This document shows positions 24,501 to 33,500 of a DNA stretch of 64,000 nt, one piece after another. A model generated the notes under the pieces. That model was not told the origin of the DNA. It saw only the letters and a list, made by a program, of their open reading frames with translations, and did not search any database. Where the stretch lies: contig JBMONI010000004.1 of assembly GCA_049324575.1 (NCBI GenBank), forward strand, positions 43,960-107,959. The letters are read 5' to 3'. How positions within the stretch are numbered: the stretch's first letter is position 1; every line of letters starts with the position of its first letter. A program made the translations under genes and the position numbers. This DNA is from Candidatus Omnitrophota bacterium (GTDB lineage Bacteria; Omnitrophota; Omnitrophia; Omnitrophales; Aquincolibacteriaceae).

Positions 24501-27500
24501 GCCTGCCCCGCCAATTGGGCCTTAAGCAGTTCCAAGACCTCCGCCCCGGCCTGGACAGGCCCGGCTTCAGGAAAATTCTTCAAAAGCGCCGCAAGGCCAG
24601 CCAAAACTTCTCTCCCATGACCAACGTCTTCGGGCTTAAACTCCGGTTTGGGCTCCGGCGGTAATTGAGGCTCCTCTGGCGCAGGTTCCATCGGCACCGC
24701 CGACGGCTTCAAGATAAGATCGATCGCGCGGTCGGCGGCGGTCAGCACCTGGCTCATGCCGTTCTGCATTTGGTTGGCCGCCGAAGTGCGGTAAGCCTTG
24801 GAGAGATCGCCTAAGCGCGCGTCATTCGGATCCAAAAATACGGACCAGCCGGCCTGCTCAAGGGCCCCGCCGCCCCAGGTCGTCGGGGTGATCGTCTTCA
24901 GAACTTCCGCGGGCACTTTGCCGCTTCCCACGAGCGGGACGAGGGACGAAAGCCCTTCGAACGTATAGCCATAATGCAAGACCGTCTTACCCGAAGCGAT
25001 CCATTCATTTTGGCGGTGCGGATAGAATCCGTGCCGGATCTGCCGTGTTTTGGGATCATAGAATTTGGCAAGCTGCATCTTGTCCAGGATCTTCTGCGCC
25101 CGCTCGCCGAGCGGAGTCCCCTGATTGGCTTGCGCAAAAACGCGGAGCGAATCGGCAAGGTTGAAATTATCGACGCTGGAAACCTTTTCCTTGTTGTCTT
25201 CCGCCGGCGACGGCCTCAATGCCTTACGGTCGTAATTCTGAAAGAAAAGACCGTCTTCACTGCGCTGCATTTTTTCAAGCGCCTCGAGCGCGGCCGCCGC
25301 GCGCCGGTCGTATTCCCCCGCCTGCAACACCTTTTGCCCCGCCGGCTGCGCGCCGTCGTGATCGCGCACCCCGACAAGATTGACAAGATAGAGCCCGGTC
25401 CCGGTGATCCCCGCGTAGACCGCGACCTTGCTTGTTCCGTTTTCAAGCTCAATATGATCGGCCGGGATAGGCGAACCCTCGGTTGCCGCGCGATAATATC
25501 CCCAGCCTTTCACTACCTGCCCATGAAGAAAAGCTTTTTCCTCTTGATTCGGCTCGCGGCCGTCCAACGCTTGCGCATCGGCCACGGCCAACGCGATATG
25601 AAGTCCCTCGAGGCCCCGGGCAACCTCAGGATCCGCCGCATAATACTGATGGACCTTTCCGCCGGTCAGGATCCCGAGCGCCTTGGCCATCTCGAATCCC
25701 TTATTATCCAACGCGTAACGGGTCGCAGCCTGATTGCTATTGAGATCCACGCTGTCGAAGAATCCGTACTCCCCCGTACTGCTTGAATAAAGCGTGGAAA
25801 GATTCATGAGATTTCGCACCACGCTTCGGGGGCCCGCATCAGCGAAGAGAAGCGATGCGTACGGAGCGATCACCGGCCTCTTGGCGTCATAACGGGCGTT
25901 CGTCTGCCCGCTTCCATCGCCATATTCCTCGAATTTGCCAGGCCTGCCGGGAACCGCCGAAGGTGCTTTTCCCCAAACCACCAACTCCCCGGAGGTAAAA
26001 CCTCCCCCTTGCATATGCAAATGCTCTTCATAAAAGCTTTGGATACCGGCCAATATCTGCTCGTCGGTAAAATTCCGGTCGGGATATTCTTGTTGGAGGC
26101 GGTCCCGCACGGCCGGAACAGCCGACGGAAGATCCCCGCGAACCCCTAAAAGGATCTGGCGCAGATCGAAACGAAGGGCCGGCGTGATCGGTTCGGCCAC
26201 GACCGCAGGCGGTTTGGCGGCCGGAGGAGGCGCTGCTTTTTCTTTCGCGGTCACCGGGATGGCCGCTTCGATGATCGCGGCCGCAATGATCTCTGCGACC
26301 GGCGCTTTGGCCTGGATCAAAGGTTCGATCTTGGCTTTATCCGCGTCGCGTTTGGCGGGAAGGGCTTGTCCTGCCTCATCGACATAACGGCTTGGAAAAT
26401 ATTCCGCGACGACCCCGATCATATCGTCCGCAGTGAGCGGCTGGCCCCGCGCTTGTAGCTCCTCTGCTTTTTGTGTTGCGCGGTCCATCCGCCGCGAGAT
26501 CGGGTCGTAACGGCTCTCTAACAGTTCCCTGGAAATCCCAAATTTGATAAGAAAATCGGTCCGGGATCCGTATCGCCCATCGACGGCCTTGACTTTCGGC
26601 ATTCCGAGCAATTCGCCCGTCAAGACCTCGGCCAAAAGCTCATAGCCCGCCGCGGCTTCCTGAAATGCCCAAGTAAGCGAACGGGTCTTGCGATTCGCAT
26701 CTTTTAGTTTTTGATAAGTTTCCTGCAGTTTCGTATCTTGAAGGATCAGCGCCGTTTCCAGGTTTCGGATCGCGATCACCTTGTCTTCTTTTTCAGGGTC
26801 CGGCAACGAAGCCTCTTGGCGGATGGCCTTCACGGCCAGGCTCAAAACGGTTTGCTGACGCAGCAGGCCTTCACCGACGCTTGCCGGGACCGTAATTCCA
26901 TAAAGTTTTTCGACTTGCGCGATCGCTTGCGCAAGATCGATCCGGTCTGCATTGAATTGAGCAAGGATCCCCTCCAACCCTTCAGGGGCTTTTGCCTCTG
27001 GCTGAGGTTCGACCGGAGGTACCGGTTGGGGCTGCGGCTTGGGTTCCGCCTTCGGCTGTGCTTGAGGCATCGGCGGTTCGGCCGCTGGAGGCTGTGCTGC
27101 AGGTTGGGGTTGAGGTTCAGGCTGCGGCGGCGCGGTTCGTTCGGGCTCAGCCGCCGGCTTGGGCGCGGCAGACGCGGTTCGCGCCGCCCACTCAGGCGGA
27201 AGTGCTCCCGCCTCAATAAATTGTCCAAGTTCCGCAAGGCTCGGCAGATCTTCTCCCCCTGCGGCTACAGGCCCCGGTTCCGTGCGAGCCGCCGCCTCGC
27301 CTTGAGGCGCGGCCGGAGCCGGTCCGGCATCCGGAGCAGGCGCCGGTTGCGAAGCCTCCGCCGGATGCGGCCACACTTCATTCATCAGCGATACTCCCAG
27401 CGGCGCTACCGCCATCCGGGCTTCCTCGGATTCAGCCGCAAGGATCTCGCCCGTTAATTTTCTGACATGTTCGGGCACAAGCCGGATCAGGCGATCGATC

Positions 27501-30500
27501 TGCATTTCATCGGAACCCGGCACCTTGCTTTTGACATAACTCGGGTAATGTTTGCGGAAAAGCTCAAGGATCCCCGAGCGCGCACCGTCCATACGCGTCC
27601 GTATATTCTCATTCATGGTCGTCACGCTCTGCATATCGCCGAGGACCCCTGCTTTGAGCTTCGCCATCTCGGCTTCGACCAAGGCCAGGAATTGCGACTT
27701 GCCGATCCCGCCAGTCTCCGGCTCAAGCCAATCCTGCGTTCCAATCTCGACAAAAGGCCCTCGGACAATGTCTTCGGTCAATCTCACCCCTTCCTCCATC
27801 GCGCGCCGCTGTCTTGCGCTCGCGAACCGTTCCTCAATCTGGTCGAAGGTCCGCTGGTCGATCACGCCCGTGACCGGCAAACCGTTCGTTTTCTGGAAGT
27901 TGCGGATCACGATCTCGAGCGGTGAATTGTCGACATATCTCGCAAAGGCAGGTTCGGTCCCTTGGGTCGGGATCCCCTTCGCGAGGAAATGAGTCGTGCG
28001 TCCGTACGGAAGATAAGGTTTATAGGCGGCCCGGATATCGTTATCGATGGGATCAAAGATCATGGGTTTGCGCTGCTCTTTGAAGAAATTCGAAGCGATC
28101 GTGATCGCAATAAAACGGGATTCAACATCGCGGTTTTTAAGATACAGATCGATTTCGGCAAGCGCATAGGCCACTTCCGCGGCAATACGGTTCTGACGCG
28201 ACGGATAAGCCCGCTCCAGAAGCTCCCGCAACTGATCCGAGAACCAGGTCCGCGCTTCAGTGTCTTTTTTGGCCGCCCGCGCAAGATATTGATCGAAGAT
28301 CCCCTGATATTCGGTCATGAACTTGGTTTTGCGTGCCATGCCGTCGAAAAATTCATCGGTCCGGGGGATCTGCGACCAGCTGTCCTTGGGCACTTTTGAA
28401 AAAACCGAGCGGATCCTTCCCTTGATCCCCTGATCGGCGAAATCCGTAGACTCCGGCGCCGCGATCTCATACAGGCTAGGCCCGTTATAAACGTCAAATT
28501 GACCCGGCTGAACACTTCTCCCCCGGTCTGCAACCGTCAGCTTGTGCAACTCTAATTTCCCGTAAACATTCGGAAGAAGGATAAAAACCTCGGCTCCGTT
28601 CCACGCATCAAAAAGCGCCGGATTCACTGCGATCGTCCCGAAATTTGAAGCCGCCGCTTGGTCCTCGCTCATGACTTGTTCGGGAATAAGACTGTATTTT
28701 GAATCGCCGAGCTTGATCGTAGGCGAGATCCACGGCGCGCCTTCTTCATTCCCGTAACCGGTAATGAAGCGCGGGACCCAGCGGGACCCATTCAACTCGC
28801 GCAGGATCTCAAACCCGGGAACATTCGCAAGCCAGGTAAAGAACTGCTCGACCTGGGGCCCTCGGTCGCCCGGAGAAATGGTCCGCGTGAATTTGAAATC
28901 CGCGATCTCGGCATGATCGGCTTTGAAGGCATCCACCGCCGCCCAGAACCGCGTGCCAGCCGTGCCATCGTTATAAGTCATGGGTTCGAGATTCCCCTTC
29001 GGACCGCGTTCAAGGATACCTTTATATTGGGGGCCTGCGGCAGCCAATTTTTCCTGAATATCCCGGATCTGCTCTTCGGTCATGGTCTTCGGTAAATTGG
29101 ACAGCTGGTCCAAAAGGACCATAGCCGCAGTAGGCGCGGGCGCCGTCACCGGAGCTTGCTTCTCCCCGACCTTGACCCCGGGCAAAGCCGCCGGCGGAGG
29201 CTCTTTGCGTTTTTCGTTCTCGATGAATTGACGCATCCAGAGGAGATCGATATCAAAGGCCTTTTTATCCTCCTCCGACATTTTTTCCTCGATCGCCTTC
29301 AGGCGCGCCTCAAGCACGGCCGCAGGCGAGAGGCCGTCATACGGAGGGATCGAAGCTCCGAAAAGTTTCCCCAGTTGATCGATCAGCCCCGGGAAGGTCC
29401 AATCCGGCCGGAGGTCTTTGCGGAGGGCATAAGCGTTCAGAAGTCCGCGCGCAAGGTTTGAGCGCTCCTCGGGGGTCAGATCCCCCGCCGCGATCCGCGC
29501 CTCAAGATCGCGCACGAAATGGTCCGTACTGGCCTTGGCATCGGCGATCCTCTGCGCCAGGCCCTGGAATCGGGCCCTCGCCTCCTCCACTTTCTTGGCC
29601 TGGAGAAGTCTGAAGATCTCGACCCGCGCGGTTTGCAACTCCCCGACCGTTGCCGTCATCTCAACAAGCGGGAGGACCCGCGCCTCGATCGCGGCAGGTT
29701 TTCCCTCTTTTTTCGGCTCTTGCGGAGGCGTTTCCTCTTTTTTCTCTTCCGGCATGGGTGCGGGCTTCGGCGTTTCGGCCGGCACATCCTTCAAAAGCGC
29801 CAGCGTCTCGGCCAGGGTCTTCGCACCGTTCAAATAGCCGTCGATCGCGGCCTTTACCGCATCGGCCGCACGGCCGGCAGCCGCTTCCGATAATGCCGCC
29901 GTCATCCCGGCATCGTCATTGTCAATGTACTGACGATAGAAAGCCAATGCCGCAACGCCGCTATCGATCGCGAGAAGATCCTTCAAACCCGGCGTTTGCC
30001 CTTCCGTGACGATCTTTTGTCCGGCCTCCGAAAGCGGCCCCGTTCTGTCCTGGATCGAGCGAACGGCGTTCAGAAAATCATAAAGCCGGCGCGCCTGGTC
30101 CGCCGCGACCGTATCCGAAGAGTCCGCGCTCTTTTCCAGCGTTACTTCGATCGCCGAATCAAGATCGGCCCGGCTCTTGAGATCCAGCAAAGATAATTTC
30201 GTTCCGGAAGCAAGCGTAACATTTTCGAGCCACATCCAGCCCCCGATCGGGATCACGCCCTGGATCGGCAAAGCGCCGTCAGCCCCCAGGAAACGCCCGG
30301 TGACCTTTTCCGGAGCCTGCGGTTCGGGTTGGGGCTGTTCGGGTTCCGGTTTGGCTTCGGTCTCGGGGCTTTCGGCCGGCGGAGGAGGCGCCGCGCCTTC
30401 CTCCCGGGCTTGCCGCGCGGCTTGCGCGATCCGATCGGCCGCAAGCTGGCGGGCCTTCTGGACACCTTCTTCCAAGGGAATCTTCCCATGGATCACATCA

Positions 30501-33500
30501 CCCGCCACGGCGTCGATCTGTCTCTGCAAAGTCTCGGCCGCCGTCCCCAGCATCAAAAGTTCGATCGGATCGAAGGCCATCCCCAGGAAGATCCCTTTGG
30601 CCGGATCGTCAAACGTTTTTGCCCGGCGAGTCGCATCGACGATCCCCTGGCGGAAAAGCGCTTCCCGGAAATCGGCCGAACGGCCTTCGCCCATCTGGCG
30701 AAGCATCATGCTCATCAAGGGATTCTGGATCAGGAGGGTGGTGATCCGTTTCAGGTCTTTCCGCTCGCCGCGGGATAGTTTTTTGAGAATGGCGTAATAG
30801 TCGAGCTCGGCCGCGTCGCTCAGCTCTTGATCGAGCGTCCTTCCTTCTTTTTTCTGCTCCTTGTGGATCGCGGCGATCCGGGCCCGCTGTAAAAGTTCAT
30901 CGCGGTAGGGCTCCACGATCGGCGCCACGATCGGATCGATCGTGGTCGATGCAAAGGTGTTCACAAGCCCAAGCGCTCCGCTGTAGACCAGTTTCGCCTC
31001 GAGGGGCGTGGGCCGGCCCAGCATCTGTTCCTGCTGTCCCAGCATTTCCAGGGTCGCTTGGTCCCCTTCCACCAGTTTGACGAGCGGAGAAAGGATCGGT
31101 GCTCCCGCCGCGTCATCGAGGCCTTCGGCACCGCCCACGGCGCCCCCGATCTCATAGGTCACGAACCAAAGACCGGCCGCCGTAATAAGGACCGAAGCCC
31201 AGAATTCGGGGCTGGTGATCACCCGGTTAAAGACCGCTTTCCGCGCATTGCGATAAAAACGGTTCAGGTTCGACGGATCAAAAAGCGCCGGCAAGATCAA
31301 ACCGGCCTGGGCTTTCTTGGAAATTTTTATCTTGGGAATCTCCGCGTCGATCCTCGCCAAAAGGAATTCGCGGTCCCGCGCCTTGAGATGAAGCGGGGCC
31401 TTGCGCAGCCGGCTTTGGGGCACGAGATAGCGGCGGATTCCTTCGAGGGCGAGGCGTTTTTGCACCGCCGAAAGCCCGGATCCGCGGGCCAAGATGGCAT
31501 CAAGCAATTGATGAACACCCGTATGGGTCGCGCTCGTAAGGTGAAATTTTTTGATATCGATCCCAAGTTTGCTCAGACTAAAATTGAGCATGCGGGCCAT
31601 TTCGGTCCGCACCCCCTGATCGACCTGCGTTTGCAGATTCAAAAAGAAGGCAAGAAAGATAGGGCTGGCAACGCCGCCGATCGAAAGATTGAGCGGGATG
31701 TTGTGCATCATGCCGAATTCGCCGACCTGGATCAGCGCCCCCTGGTCGACCAGGTTCCACGACCCGCCGAGATGCGACCATTCGAGGAAGTGATGGATGA
31801 GAGGATGCTGACCGGCCGAAAGTTCGACCAAAGCCGTATCGGTCGGATGATACCCGAGGAACACCAAAAGCCCGAAACTCACGAACGAGATCAAAAGCAG
31901 GGTCGCGGCTTTTTTGACGAACGCCTCTTCGGTGAGATCGCCCCGCGCGCGGGCCTGCATGAGGATCACCATCCGGAAGAGCACGAACGCAAAATAGGCC
32001 ACGCTGAAAAGGATCAGGGACTTCCCCACCAGCATAAGCGCAAGCGACGAAACCCCCGAATAAATGAACAAACGCAAGCGTTTGGCAACGAACGTCGCGG
32101 CGCCGGTGACGTAAAACGCGTGGGAGGCCGTCGCGGCCCAGTATCGCGCGCGCTCGGTGCTGAGATCGATCTTCTGCTCGGCGGGGATGGCACGGACCTC
32201 GTTGGCGATCCACTGCACTTCCTGGTCCGTAAGCCATCGTTTTTGGTATGCACCCGTCCAGAAATAATCGATCGAGACGCGGAAGAAATTGAAGATGAAA
32301 GAATCGAACAGATGCCATAAGGCTTTAAAAGGATCGATGACGGCTTTCGCCAGCAACGTAATGACCGAGATCCCGGGGTCCCGCATTTTCAAAAGCACGA
32401 TCGAAGAAAGGGCGTGGACCACATAGAAGCCGATCAGCATGCCGTACAAAATGACCGCCGCATTCAGCGTCACGACCCCGAGGGCTCCCAAGATCAGGAC
32501 GGCGGCGAGACCAGCCCCGATCTCCACCACGCTTCGCACCACCGATTCCACTTTACTTTGGGCCATCGCCCCTTTGGCTTGGCCGAGGATCGTGTTCGCC
32601 TCGACATACTTCCAGTAACTTTTGGCCCGGAGACGGATCCGCGCCAATTCGCGTTTGGCAGGGTCCGTGATCCCATTCAGCGTATCCGTCACCCCTCGGT
32701 CTTCCCAGGTCCGGTCTGTATCAAGCCCCGCACTGATCCCGAGCACCCCTTGGCCTTTTTTGATCCCCTGCCAGCGCTCGCTGTCGGGCGAAGCCTCTTC
32801 GCCGGGACGCGTTTCGACAAGATCCGTGTAGGTCACCCGGGTCTCATTGATCGCCCTGATCGCGGTCCACCCCAGGACGATGACGAGAACTGCCCAAAAC
32901 CAAATTCCGAATACCGAATAGGGCCAGGCCACCGCGGTCATTTGCCCGGTAAGAATCCCGGCATGTGAGATCAGGAAATTCGCGATCATTCCCGGGATCA
33001 CGCCATAAAAGACGATCCGTCCCGCATAGCGCTGGGCAAAAATACGGAAACCGTTCCGCACCTGCTCGACGACGCCCGGCTTTTTCACCGCAGGCGCAGG
33101 AGCGGGTTTTTGGGCGGCCGTAGCTTTCGCCGGACGGGACGGTGCCGGCTGAACTGCCGCAGGCGCGGGTTTTTTAGCGGTCCAGGCGCTCCAACGGCTC
33201 TTGATCGACTGCGCGAACGCCCCCAAAGCGCTCTGGCTTCGCTGCCAACCTCGGACCGTCAGTGCCCCAAGCGCGGCCGCAACGCTCCGCACCTTCTGCC
33301 ATGCTACCCCCCACCCTTTCCCGATCACCCTCCAAGCCTTCTGAATACCCTGCCAACCTCCCGCCATCTGCTTCAAAACCGCTTGCCCGGCATTCCGGAT
33401 CCCATCCAAAGGTTTTTTAGCGGCCACGGCTGGAGCGGGCGCTCCGGTGATCGAGGAACTGGGCGCTTGGGGAAGCGGCGGCTGCGCCCCCGGCACACTC